From a virus, in the IMG/VR virus record IMGVR_UViG_3300032315_001604, positions 131,164 to 195,163 of that record: 64,000 nucleotides of DNA. One strand, 5' to 3'. A model generated the notes under the pieces. The model was not told where the DNA came from. It saw only the letters and a program-made list of their open reading frames with translations, and ran no database searches. Both the position numbers and the translations under genes were made by a program. Positions within the stretch are counted from its first letter, which is position 1; each line of letters starts with the position of its first letter. Below are positions 39,201 to 48,265 of the stretch, piece by piece.

Positions 39201-41402
39201 AGGACTATTTAAATAGTTTAACCCTCTTGTATCAGACCAATTATCAAAATTAAATTCTTCTTGAAGACCATCAGGATCTGCAAAAAGTAAATCAGTCATG
39301 GTGCTATAGTCTGTTGGTATGTTTCCTTCATGTCCTATCGGAGAATAATAAACAGATTTGCAGCTACATTTAGTCCAATGATTTAAATCTTTTAATTGTT
39401 TAGGATTTTGATAATCTTGATCGTCATAATAGTTATGAGATTCTTTACCATATGGGCAATTTGGTGCATGTTCAAAAAACTTAAATACATCATCAGCAGG
39501 TGTATCTTTATCATTCCAAACAAAAGAAACTGCTTCAGATCCTTCGATTAAAATAGATAATGATGGTTGTACTGGTCCATCAATATATTTTGCACATTTT
39601 ATGGCAGGATCATCATAAATTTTGTAAGTGTTTGTGGATATATCTAAATTTTGAATTGATGTTGAGGCAAGCCATGCTGCTTCAATTGGACTACTGGTTC
39701 TAGAATTTAGTTTATAAACAACATCAGCAGTATTAAAATCTAAACCAGCCACGGCTCCTGGCATAACTTCAGCTACATTCAAATTAGCCAAACTGACGGG
39801 TATGCTAGTATCTTGTAAAACCGTAAGAGGAATATTATCAGAATTTTCAAAAGCTTTAAGTGGCCAATATATTTGATTTAAACCTAAAGTAATTGGAATG
39901 TTTGTTCTTTGAAATTTATATAAATATGCAACTTCCGTATTTCCTAAATCTTCATCGTTGTATACCAAGTCGATTTGATTTTCTGGATTATTTCTGCGAA
40001 TTAAAACATCTCCATCAATAGTAAATTCTCCAGCTTGAGCACCCCCTTTTATTAATGTAGATTGATTTATATAAAAAAGAGAAGAACTACTATTTGGAAG
40101 AGTTTCGGTAAAATATCTTTTTAAGATATCTTTCTTTTTTGTATCGTCTAATAAATCATATATCCCTGAACTTTCATCTGTAATCGCATGACCTAACCAA
40201 TTTGCACCTTTAGTAGTTAAATTAAAACCAACATATGGGAATATAAATTCTTTAACATCTAAAGGTCCGATTTTAACACTGGCTGTAACAGGAGAAGAAA
40301 TAGATCTATATCCTCTTAACCATGCACCTTCAACAATTCCGTTTTTATCAGTAAAAACTAAATCAGATTCTTCATAAGATCCTCTGCCAGTAGCACTAGA
40401 TGCCACAAAATTAGAATTATTAATTAAGATAGGTTTTAAATAATTTTCACTAACTGAAGCATCTATCGCTTTACTACCACTTGGCCAGACAAACCAATTA
40501 TTTCCTTCTGTAAAGTTTAAATTTAAAATCTGGTCTGGTAAATTTAAATCTCTGAGCCTAATAGCGGTTAAACCATATAAGGTTTCGCCCATATATTTTT
40601 CGGTAGCAGCGATTTGATAATTGATTAAATCTGTAGCTTTTACTTGTGCAGGACCATCAGAAGCAACTTCATTAGAAGAAATAAAATCCAAATATGCTTG
40701 ATATACTTGACTTAAAGGATTTTCAGCAACTCTTGGTAAAAACCTAGTGTTTAGTATACCTATAATTTCATCTTCTGTTAAATCTTCATATGGATAAGAG
40801 TTTAAAATATCATTGATGTTTACATAATCTGTAACAGGAACCGTTGGATCTGAATCCAAGTAATTGTTCGTATCATATAACTCTTCTACTTCTATAAAAA
40901 AATTGTCTTTAACAGCAGATAAATTTGGAAAAAATGCTTGAAGAGGAGAAGCAGGAACTTGTGTTATAAAGTTTTCAGTTTTTGTAAAGGATCTTAAAAC
41001 ATATTCATAAAGTAAGGTTTCTAAACCATCATGTGATCCATTTAAATTATGTTTTAATTTTGATTTTTTAACAGATGTTCTTTTTGCATTTAATACCTTT
41101 GCAATTTCCTTTAATTTTCTTGAAAAATAAGGTATAGCAAAAATTAATTCTTCAGGATTATTATAATCAATATCTTTTAAAAACCTATCTTTTTCTTCTT
41201 GATTAAACAAATAACTTAAATCTTTTATAAGCTGTAGATATTCTTGTTTTATTTGCTCTTGGGGTTTGATAAAGTTTTTAGTTTTACTCAAATACCAATT
41301 TTTTAAATAATCCATGTATGCTTTTTGTGGATCTTCGGTTATTCCTATTTTTTGAATAGCTAACCAGTTTTTATAAGAATATGGATTTTGCGTGTCGGTC
41401 AT
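36204..41402 (-). CDS. 1732-aa virion protein with vWA domain and C-terminal legume-lectin-like domain
   Basis: vWA MIDAS DLIIALDISNS..TNIKNAL..ILLISDG; lectin ADGLGFILQ..GMGYQGIPNSVGILYDTF.N.PYDPNNNHI. Confidence 0.8.
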   Translation of the reverse strand: MTDTQNPYSYKNWLAIQKIGITEDPQKAYMDYLKNWYLSKTKNFIKPQEQIKQEYLQLIKDLSYLFNQEEKDRFLKDIDYNNPEELIFAIPYFSRKLKEIAKVLNAKRTSVKKSKLKHNLNGSHDGLETLLYEYVLRSFTKTENFITQVPASPLQAFFPNLSAVKDNFFIEVEELYDTNNYLDSDPTVPVTDYVNINDILNSYPYEDLTEDEIIGILNTRFLPRVAENPLSQVYQAYLDFISSNEVASDGPAQVKATDLINYQIAATEKYMGETLYGLTAIRLRDLNLPDQILNLNFTEGNNWFVWPSGSKAIDASVSENYLKPILINNSNFVASSATGRGSYEESDLVFTDKNGIVEGAWLRGYRSISSPVTASVKIGPLDVKEFIFPYVGFNLTTKGANWLGHAITDESSGIYDLLDDTKKKDILKRYFTETLPNSSSSLFYINQSTLIKGGAQAGEFTIDGDVLIRRNNPENQIDLVYNDEDLGNTEVAYLYKFQRTNIPITLGLNQIYWPLKAFENSDNIPLTVLQDTSIPVSLANLNVAEVMPGAVAGLDFNTADVVYKLNSRTSSPIEAAWLASTSIQNLDISTNTYKIYDDPAIKCAKYIDGPVQPSLSILIEGSEAVSFVWNDKDTPADDVFKFFEHAPNCPYGKESHNYYDDQDYQNPKQLKDLNHWTKCSCKSVYYSPIGHEGNIPTDYSTMTDLLFADPDGLQEEFNFDNWSDTRGLNYLNSPQFSFYKLTKGDSKVGWGEGYWKTGTDQSMILKTGRRYTYIRSSLRKDATSTVADGIISPYYVVKYSYKELRGVCSPDPLTQGCYDLIIALDISNSQKLTVEQSKTLAIEISKTLLNGKNPNIQIGLVVFNREASLVSYLTKKSGALEFNLRSFAIPTTSPNYKTNIKNALVLAEFLLKNRIPTDSGSGIDLQDLCNNLNTIVASDNDQAKLLNLPQNCGKKILLISDGESNIDANLVIPEATRLKNSGIQIYGVDIGLLSSSNNVIEQIVSGTGYYFNLQKYLTEGNGDEFSLSQRIAAVVNQCTSVVPSWNKAIRNSSGSWIGLNEPSDMVLSPGDYLIYVHRENISYIGEDLDSGFTTSGISFAINTKLNGWNYNTNTFSLSNIGEDYGAKPYWAVSVAVLNDDFKKETNHFGGNVRFVYEYVPIRQPDVSTMVINSGDFIQYFRRKNASMEWKQPVTLTSTLSDHQWNKLVFEKDYYNLNEILKNGEFNFYGYGSDEPSDTILESYSNFRLSRYNYYARKSFTYTQDLYNINRCDNTFVVFNTGAIVTPTEPYVNLLNMHYPTLATVFVPKNLVSEKQYGGYLTPIHLGVSFYRGKGYEIEVDKNQITLFETLSAEKTFFSTQKYGGRNRGLTKKDQIAPVSIKSIDNRWLVESFNSGQRKGMLINTRENQKFTPYQTTYEILNKNHHGLSRQNDKIEFWTDTYPAVWNDEKNYPLTYRRELMASVYDLRKRGLLVNKGELSQWRSDIYGNEYGLFKGSPTPYIIPTQPIVGQNSTYIGFCAGTGALTNQHWIHYARWSSEFNVIEFTQFLNDSTFLGDVEVENGSIKLTRALQGKTGNVNYNVPVFIKNNLGQLIDWSVYFISSMGGGTRADGLGFILQSNSTNEGGGGFGMGYQGIPNSVGILYDTFTNAPYDPNNNHIEIDVDGNVTSSIAIQSTVGFDMCGSTGINKYLYNWIDYSSVDKKLYVYISLDQNKPSTPILTKVLDIEQYLILV

Positions 41403-41406
41403 TTTA

Positions 41407-41568
41407 TTAATTTTCAGAGATAGCTTCTAAGTCTTGTTTAAGTTGATCTTCGGAACTTACAGCATCATCGGTAGCACAAGTAATCTCACTAGAAAAAACG
41501 GGGAAAGCACCCTCAAAGGTTTTTCCATTTACTGTAAAACTTGTAAAATTTTTTACTTTTATTGCCAT
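41407..41568 (-). CDS. 53-aa protein missed by the ORF track (MAIKVKNFTSF...AISEN)
   Basis: Manual translation; TAAATA on the minus strand at 41576-41581; fills the gap upstream of the 1732-aa gene. Confidence 0.55.
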   Translation of the reverse strand: MAIKVKNFTSFTVNGKTFEGAFPVFSSEITCATDDAVSSEDQLKQDLEAISEN

Positions 41569-41595
41569 AAACTATTATTTAGTATAATTATTAAT

Positions 41596-42018
41596 ATGAA
41601 TAATAAAGATATATCTAATCTTTCTAATATTTACCAAAATATCTTAAAAGAGGCACAAATGGGTTCAGGTTTATCCCAACCTATACAATTGGGTTCGGGA
41701 ATTAATAAAGGAGGTTCAAATTCTGATGTTGTAGTTAAAGTTAAAAAAAGTAAGAAAAAAATCAAAAATAAAAGAATATTTGAAGGGTTTATAGGTGGTT
41801 TCTTAAAAGGAATTGATATGGCAAAAAAAGGCCAAATACCAACATTTTCAAAAAACAAAGACAAGAAAAAAAGCAATTATCAAAAAACACCAAAAAATAA
41901 AAACAATTACAAAAAACCTTCAAAAAAGAAAGGAAATTATAATAACCCAAACCCTAGTGCTAACCCAAACCCTAATGCTAACCCAAACACTAGCGGCAAT
42001 TTAAATAATACACCTTAA
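41596..42018 (+). CDS. Basic Lys/Asn-Pro-rich protein with MxxKDxxxLxxxY leader; start moved to 41596
   Basis: ATG at 41596; N-terminus MNNKDISNLSNIYQNILKEA. Confidence 0.65.
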   Translation: MNNKDISNLSNIYQNILKEAQMGSGLSQPIQLGSGINKGGSNSDVVVKVKKSKKKIKNKRIFEGFIGGFLKGIDMAKKGQIPTFSKNKDKKKSNYQKTPKNKNNYKKPSKKKGNYNNPNPSANPNPNANPNTSGNLNNTP

Positions 42019-42057
42019 TGTCTTTGTTTTTTTTAAAAAGTTAATAAATATAATTTC

Positions 42058-42849
42058 ATGGCAACTTTAGAATTTGATAAAATAGAAGAGACATGTGGAA
42101 ATGTTTATCTAATTGATGAAAATTTGTGTTTATCGAATTCTTATCAAATCATCAATAAAAATTTTGCTACTCTCTCTGCTTCTTTAGTAAAATTAGATTC
42201 TTATGGTAATAGTTTTAATATTTTGTATGCAAACTTTGCATCAAATAGTGCAAAATGGATTACTTCGATTAATAATTGGGAAACGCTTTCTGCTAAATGG
42301 ATTAGTGCAGAAACAACCGTCAGACAATTAAGTTCTAACTGGCAAACCACTATCAATTTGATTTATAACAAAATTATAAATTTGCAAACATATTATGCAG
42401 ATGAAAATTTTTATAAAACAACAATTTTAAATTGGTTGACTACTAATTTTATCAATTACTTTCCAGAAAATCAAATTATTAACGTTAACGTTTACTTAAG
42501 TAATCCAGAATCTTTTACTTGGCTTTTTTTTAGAGAATATTACGAAAATTGTCTACCACCTAATACAGGAAGATCTGGTAATTGTGCAGTAAGCTTACCC
42601 GCACATCCATGCAACGAAGTTGTTGTTTCTGGTGCTGTACAAGAAGGCGGTAGATGTACAAACGCAACCAAATATTGTACACAAAGTTCTGCAACTACTG
42701 TTGGAGGATTAAACAATATTCAATGTCCTGTTTTTGGAGCAAAAAGCATTTCTTTTAATATACCATATTCTACAACAGATTTAAGCTTAACAAGAGTTAT
42801 AAGCATAAAATATATTAAAGGAAAAACAAATATTCAACTTTATACGTAA
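42058..42849 (+). CDS. Fibre/collar-like protein, paralog 1 of 3
   Basis: IDENLCLSNSYQIINKNF..L, SAKW repeats, Cys-rich C-terminus. Confidence 0.6.
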   Translation: MATLEFDKIEETCGNVYLIDENLCLSNSYQIINKNFATLSASLVKLDSYGNSFNILYANFASNSAKWITSINNWETLSAKWISAETTVRQLSSNWQTTINLIYNKIINLQTYYADENFYKTTILNWLTTNFINYFPENQIINVNVYLSNPESFTWLFFREYYENCLPPNTGRSGNCAVSLPAHPCNEVVVSGAVQEGGRCTNATKYCTQSSATTVGGLNNIQCPVFGAKSISFNIPYSTTDLSLTRVISIKYIKGKTNIQLYT

Positions 42850-42850
42850 A

Positions 42851-43639
42851 ATGTCATATACAATTATACCAACAGTTTCGACGCAATTTATAGGAAATAG
42901 TTTATCATCAATAAACATTTCCTATAAAAGTTTAGAATTTTGGACAAATAATATCAATTTTAGCACAACGAACTATTTTGAACCTTTAGTTAATTTTTAT
43001 TTATATTATGGAGATTTTTGGAAACAAACAATTAATTATGCAATTTCAATTGATGCTCCTGCTAGATTAAGCTCATTTAAAACAAACGTTCAATCTAACA
43101 GTTCACAATGGCTAAAATCTATAACATATTTTTATCCTGAAGTTTTTCGTTATGACGCATTAACAATTAACAATTATATTACAAGTGCTATAAACTGGTT
43201 TACAAATAAATTTCCTATTTTTAATCCAAATATACAAGTTTTCCCATTACCACAAAATTCTCCAAATTTTGTTGAAGGTACTAAAGCAACCTTACACTTT
43301 CTTAGTTATGATATAAATGTAAAAGTAGACCAAAACGTAACTCATACAAACTCAACGGTATGTAGTACTCAAGACAGAAGTGGTACAGCCTATTGTAATA
43401 TTGTATGGAACAATAATGTTTCTTGTTATGGATCAGGAAACATATGTCCAAGATACAACGGAACATATGCAAAAACTTTTACGGTTATATGTAATTATGA
43501 AAACAATCTAAAGAGTGTTACAAGAAATGGCATAGTGAATATAGATAGAGAATTTATAGATCGTAGCGAAAGGCCAGATTTAGGAACAATCGTTCTACAA
43601 GTTAAAAATTGTGAATGGCAGTTTGTAAAACTACTTTGA
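42851..43639 (+). CDS. Fibre/collar-like protein, paralog 2 of 3
   Basis: QFIGNSLSSINISY..L, Cys-rich C-terminus. Confidence 0.6.
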   Translation: MSYTIIPTVSTQFIGNSLSSINISYKSLEFWTNNINFSTTNYFEPLVNFYLYYGDFWKQTINYAISIDAPARLSSFKTNVQSNSSQWLKSITYFYPEVFRYDALTINNYITSAINWFTNKFPIFNPNIQVFPLPQNSPNFVEGTKATLHFLSYDINVKVDQNVTHTNSTVCSTQDRSGTAYCNIVWNNNVSCYGSGNICPRYNGTYAKTFTVICNYENNLKSVTRNGIVNIDREFIDRSERPDLGTIVLQVKNCEWQFVKLL

Positions 43640-43693
43640 TATCTTATTAGAGAATCATATGGCTTTTTTAAAAAAAGAGTAAATATAAAATAA

Positions 43694-44314
43694 ATGAGCA
43701 ATCAATTAGTATATAACATTTCATTAGATGAATGTGTCGGAGACTCTGTAAGTAAACACAATTACAATGTGTTATCTTTAGATACAAATATTTGTAATTT
43801 GTCTTCTACGTTTTTTAACATACAAAACAATTATTTGAGTATTTTTAGTGATCTTTGTGCAAATATAGAAAATTTTAACGATTTTGCTTCTACTTTTTAT
43901 GAACCTTCTGATATAACAGAAGCTTCTACAGCAACATCATATTTAAGTAGCTATTGGCAAAGAAATGAAATCACAATTACATATCCTGTAAACATATATA
44001 CTTTAGATGGCGCAACCAAATATTATGTAGATGACAATGTATCAGATGCTACATTAATACAGTATGGTTTAATCATTTTAAATAAAAATTATCCTTCAAC
44101 AGGATTTATTCCAAGAACAATCGCAAACGTTGTATTTTTAATGTATAGTAATACTGGTGCTGTAACTCAAACAGAAACTAGTAGTTTTGGAGTTACAAAC
44201 AAAATTTTTAATGTTACACAAAGAAAAAATGATGTTCATATTGCTAAGATAAAAGTATTGAAATTTATCAACAGTTCAAGTAGAGTTTGGACATTTAATC
44301 AAAATGTGGTATAA
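43694..44314 (+). CDS. Fibre/collar-like protein, paralog 3 of 3
   Basis: ISLDECVGDSVSKHNYN..L. Confidence 0.6.
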   Translation: MSNQLVYNISLDECVGDSVSKHNYNVLSLDTNICNLSSTFFNIQNNYLSIFSDLCANIENFNDFASTFYEPSDITEASTATSYLSSYWQRNEITITYPVNIYTLDGATKYYVDDNVSDATLIQYGLIILNKNYPSTGFIPRTIANVVFLMYSNTGAVTQTETSSFGVTNKIFNVTQRKNDVHIAKIKVLKFINSSSRVWTFNQNVV

Positions 44315-44322
44315 TTTTTTTT

Positions 44323-44733
44323 ATGTACGCAGTTTTTGATGAAAATAAAAACTTTATAAGTTATAGTGATACTGTATTTCAAACACAAGGTAGTCTTTCT
44401 TTTAAAGAAATATCTTTAGACAAATCTGATTTATTAAAATGGAGGTGGGAAGGGGACTGTGATACAGGACAAATGGTATTGATATCTGAAAACGCATATC
44501 CCGAAACTTATAATCAAAATACATTTGAATCGAAATTTCCATTTTCTGTCTTTTTATCTATAATATTAAAACAACTATTTTTAATTTCAGAAAAACTAGA
44601 TTCTACAGATATAGTTTTTAAACAAATGATTAAAGAATATCTTCATTCGTTTGAAAACGAATCATCATATATAGATTTATTACAAGAAGCGAATAAAATA
44701 AAACGTGAAAACAAAAACCGACCCAATTCTTAA
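44323..44733 (+). CDS. Hypothetical protein
   Basis: ORF behind TGGACA-N16-TATAAT (44288-44315). Confidence 0.6.
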   Translation: MYAVFDENKNFISYSDTVFQTQGSLSFKEISLDKSDLLKWRWEGDCDTGQMVLISENAYPETYNQNTFESKFPFSVFLSIILKQLFLISEKLDSTDIVFKQMIKEYLHSFENESSYIDLLQEANKIKRENKNRPNS

Positions 44734-45142
44734 ATTACGATATTGTTATGGTTTAGGCGATATTTTAAGATGTTTTTTACATTCTAAATATATTGGACCT
44801 ATTGTATTTTTCTTAACAAAGAAAGACAAAACATGCAAAACTTGCTCAAATAGAGCAATCGCATTAAATATGCTATTTCCTATTCCTGTTTGGAAAATGT
44901 TTTTTACGTCTGAAGAAAAAATGAAAGAATCTTTAATTAAAGATTTAAGGGATTATGGATATTCAGTAACTGATGATGCATTTAATCCAAAAAATATAGA
45001 TAACGGAAGCGTTATAGAATCTAAAGATTCTCCTCATATTAAAGTAGACTGCATAGGTTACGATGGATATCATTTAATAGAAAAAAATGAAATATGTGAA
45101 ACGGATTTTAAAACTATAAAATTAGTTTTTAAAAAAATCTAG
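44705..45142 (+). CDS. Hypothetical protein with CxxC
   Basis: CKTCSNR motif; overlaps the end of the previous gene. Confidence 0.55.
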   Translation: MKTKTDPILKLRYCYGLGDILRCFLHSKYIGPIVFFLTKKDKTCKTCSNRAIALNMLFPIPVWKMFFTSEEKMKESLIKDLRDYGYSVTDDAFNPKNIDNGSVIESKDSPHIKVDCIGYDGYHLIEKNEICETDFKTIKLVFKKI

Positions 45143-45173
45143 ACGTATTATTTTTTTGTGATATTATCATTGC

Positions 45174-45926
45174 ATGGCAAAAATAAATTTTTTAGCTTCT
45201 TCAAAAGAAGTATTAAGCGATTTTCCGCATCCTGAACCATCAAATAAATTTGTACCAAACTGGTACAAAGACATGCCTTCTTTTACAACCAAAGAAAAAT
45301 ATATTACCGATGCAGGAAACATAAACGGTACAGTTAAATTGTGTGTGCCATTTAGAGATGCAATGTTTGCAGGGTATTCTATACCTTTACCTTTTGATGT
45401 TTATTTTAAAAGAATGGGGAAAGATTTAAATATAAATTCATCATATTGTGGAGACTTTCAAATTGTATATAATCACGAACCAGAACAATTTTTTATGTAT
45501 CCAATCCCAAAGGAATATGAACCAATAGCTTTTAAGTGGAATAATCCTTGGATTGTTCAAACCCCGAAAGGTTGGTCTACTCTTTTTACGACACCAACTC
45601 ATCATGATTTACCTTTCATAAATCTGAGTGGTATTGTTGATACCGATAAACACCCTTTGCCTGTTGCAATAATATTTTTTATCAGAAAAGACTTTGAAGG
45701 TATTATACCGAAAGGCACTCCAATTGCTCAATGTATTCCTATTAAAAGAGATAATTTTATAGGTTATATCGGACAACGAACAGAAAATTTATATAGTAAA
45801 TGGCGTAAGGCAACAACTCAAGCTATGGATAGATATAAAGATTATTTTCATACGCCCAAAGTTTATAAAATCGATAAAACAGAATCTAAATGTCCGTTTG
45901 CGAAAATGTTTAAAAATAATTCTTGA
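45174..45926 (+). CDS. Conserved phage protein, DUF6065-like/dUTPase-fold-like
   Basis: PNWYK.MP, TVKLCVPFRDAM..GY.IPLP, NPWIVQTPKGWSTLF..P, GIVDTD, IPKGTPIAQ.IP.KR. Confidence 0.5.
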   Translation: MAKINFLASSKEVLSDFPHPEPSNKFVPNWYKDMPSFTTKEKYITDAGNINGTVKLCVPFRDAMFAGYSIPLPFDVYFKRMGKDLNINSSYCGDFQIVYNHEPEQFFMYPIPKEYEPIAFKWNNPWIVQTPKGWSTLFTTPTHHDLPFINLSGIVDTDKHPLPVAIIFFIRKDFEGIIPKGTPIAQCIPIKRDNFIGYIGQRTENLYSKWRKATTQAMDRYKDYFHTPKVYKIDKTESKCPFAKMFKNNS

Positions 45927-45956
45927 AAAGAAAAAAAACTAGTATATAATATACAT

Positions 45957-46163
45957 ATGAATCAAGCAAAAACAGATACGGTCAAAATCCAATTAAAACC
46001 AGCTTCAAATTTTAATCAAAGAGAAAAAATGATTAATGTTGAAATTCAAAAAACTATTGATCTTTATAATACCAAAGGCTATACAGTTTTAAATCATGAA
46101 ACTGTAAATAAAACTGATAGCTTTGCAACTGTTAAATTTACTCTTAAAAGAATGATTGGTTAA
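45957..46163 (+). CDS. Hypothetical protein
   Basis: Behind TTGAAA-N16-TATAAT (45923-45950). Confidence 0.6.
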   Translation: MNQAKTDTVKIQLKPASNFNQREKMINVEIQKTIDLYNTKGYTVLNHETVNKTDSFATVKFTLKRMIG

Positions 46164-47269
46164 TGGTTGATATTATTTTAGAATCAGATATTGTACATGA
46201 TTCTTATACTGAAGAAGCATGTCGATACTTTGATGTTCCATTTGAGGAAAAAAGTAGAGTTGTTGTTAAAAACAACATAGAATATCCTGCCGATTGGCAA
46301 GTAGGATTAATATATGGACCATCTGGTTCAGGTAAAACAACACTTTTAAAAAGTATAGGAAAAATTAAAACAAATGAATGGGATCCGACTAAAGCAGTTA
46401 TATCTAATTTTGCTCCAAAAGATTTCGAATCTGTTTCTTTGGCTTTATGTTCAGTGGGCTTATCCACTATTCCTTCTTGGTATCGGTCTTACCACAATTT
46501 ATCTAATGGAGAAAAATTTCGGGCTGATCTTGCAAAAACCTTGATTTCTGATGACAAAATTCATCTTGTGGATGAATTTACATCAGTAGTAGATCGAACA
46601 GTAGCAAAAAGCGTTTCTTATGCTGTGTCCAAATGGATTAGAAATAATCCAAATAAAAAAACAATCTTTGCCTCATGTCATGAGGACATCATAGATTGGC
46701 TACAACCCGATTGGATATACAATCCTCTGGAAGGCACAACAGTCTATCCAAGAGGCTGTCTTCAGCGACCACCAATTAATCTCAAAATTTTCAGAGTCAA
46801 ATACGAAGCGTGGGAATTGTTTAAACAACATCATTATTTAACTCAATCATTGAATAAAGCAGCAAAAAGCTTTATGGTTACTTGGAATGATAGACCTGTT
46901 GCTTTTAATGCAACATTGTCTTTTCCTCATCCTTATTTAAAAAAAGCTTGGAGAGGAAGCCGTACTGTTGTATTGCCAGATTATCAAGGGTTAGGCATAG
47001 GCTCTTGGCTTTCGGATTACATCGGATCTATGGTCAAAGCAAACGGAGGAAGATTTTTTTCTAAAACAACACATCCTGCCATGATTTCTTATAGACTAAA
47101 AAGCCAAAGCTGGAAAGAAACAACACACTCAAGAAAAGCACGTAAATCTAATAATGTAAGTATGCTTGCTCGAAATTGGGTAGCAACTGAAAGATATTGT
47201 TATGCATTTGAATATGTAGGACCGTCCTCCACAAGAGAAGAATCTCATTTATTTTGGGAAAAGTGTTGA
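46163..47269 (+). CDS. ABC-type ATPase fused to a GNAT acetyltransferase
   Basis: Walker A GPSGSGKTT, signature LSNGEKFRA, Walker B LVDEFTS, GNAT acetyl-CoA motif VVLPDYQGLGIG. Confidence 0.85.
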   Translation: MVDIILESDIVHDSYTEEACRYFDVPFEEKSRVVVKNNIEYPADWQVGLIYGPSGSGKTTLLKSIGKIKTNEWDPTKAVISNFAPKDFESVSLALCSVGLSTIPSWYRSYHNLSNGEKFRADLAKTLISDDKIHLVDEFTSVVDRTVAKSVSYAVSKWIRNNPNKKTIFASCHEDIIDWLQPDWIYNPLEGTTVYPRGCLQRPPINLKIFRVKYEAWELFKQHHYLTQSLNKAAKSFMVTWNDRPVAFNATLSFPHPYLKKAWRGSRTVVLPDYQGLGIGSWLSDYIGSMVKANGGRFFSKTTHPAMISYRLKSQSWKETTHSRKARKSNNVSMLARNWVATERYCYAFEYVGPSSTREESHLFWEKC

Positions 47270-47305
47270 CATATTAATATATCTAGCTAAACTAAATAGC
47301 ATAAT

Positions 47306-47893
47306 ATGGCAAGAAGTAAAAAAAAGCTAAAAAATAAAAAGCCAAAACCTAAAAATAAAAAAATAAAAAACAACTCAAAAGTTGTTAAAAATATGGATAA
47401 AAAATATCCTATTGATCAATTTGAAGATTTAAATGGTTGGGTGGAATTCTATAAAGAAAACAAAAAATTTCCTCATCAAAGGGTATTATGCGGAATTTGC
47501 CATTCAGGATTTGCTTCCATGAAAGGATTGGGCATGACCAAAGCCTTTGAAAGATGTGAAGGTGATGTTCTTCGTGTTTTAAGCGAAACCAAATGTAAAG
47601 AGTGTAAAGATCTTGAACCGAAAGAAAAAAAACCACCCAAAGTTTTAACTCAAGAAGAAATAGAAGCAAGAGCAGAAGAAATTCGTAGAAATTTACCAAA
47701 AATAGACTTTCATAAAGAAAGGCAAGTTATTGATTTAACAAAAGATAAAGATGCATGTGCCTTATATACACAGTTTGCGTGTTTAAGACCTGATATTTAT
47801 TTAGATAATGATAAGACTTGCGATTTCTGTAGTATAAATAAATACTGCGCTTGTCCAATTAAAAAATTCTCCAAAAATTTTAAGAAAAAATGA
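47306..47893 (+). CDS. Basic Cys-rich (Zn-finger-like) protein
   Basis: CGICH, CKEC, CDFC..CAC; promoter TTGACA-N16-TAAACT at 47266-47293. Confidence 0.6.
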   Translation: MARSKKKLKNKKPKPKNKKIKNNSKVVKNMDKKYPIDQFEDLNGWVEFYKENKKFPHQRVLCGICHSGFASMKGLGMTKAFERCEGDVLRVLSETKCKECKDLEPKEKKPPKVLTQEEIEARAEEIRRNLPKIDFHKERQVIDLTKDKDACALYTQFACLRPDIYLDNDKTCDFCSINKYCACPIKKFSKNFKKK

Positions 47894-48066
47894 AAGATGA
47901 TATTATTACTATTTTGATAGCAGTTACTATTAGTTTAAATGCTTTTTATTTGTCAAAGATAAATCAAAAGATAGAAAATCTTCATAATATGATGATAGAA
48001 TATTATGAACCTATTATGCCCGATTATAATATACATGAGGAAGCAGAAGATGGTAGACAAAAATAA
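47890..48066 (+). CDS. 58-aa small membrane protein missed by the ORF track
   Basis: Manual translation MKDDIITILIAVTISLNAFYL...; ATGA overlap with the previous stop codon. Confidence 0.5.
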   Translation: MKDDIITILIAVTISLNAFYLSKINQKIENLHNMMIEYYEPIMPDYNIHEEAEDGRQK

Positions 48067-48259
48067 ACGTTACAAAGTCAATTTAACTTTTAAGAATGTT
48101 AAATGTAATATTTTAATTAAAAATATTGACGATTATGAATTTGAAATTTACGTCAAAGCCAATAAAAAACTAGAATCCAAAGATTTGCAAGCTTTAAAAA
48201 ACTATTTAGAATCTGAAGGATTTAATGATGAAGCAAGGAAATACAATTTATATCAATAA
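48050..48259 (+). CDS. Hypothetical protein
   Basis: Likely start MVDKNKRY at 48050, after GAGG. Confidence 0.55.
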   Translation: MVDKNKRYKVNLTFKNVKCNILIKNIDDYEFEIYVKANKKLESKDLQALKNYLESEGFNDEARKYNLYQ

Positions 48260-48265
48260 AATATT

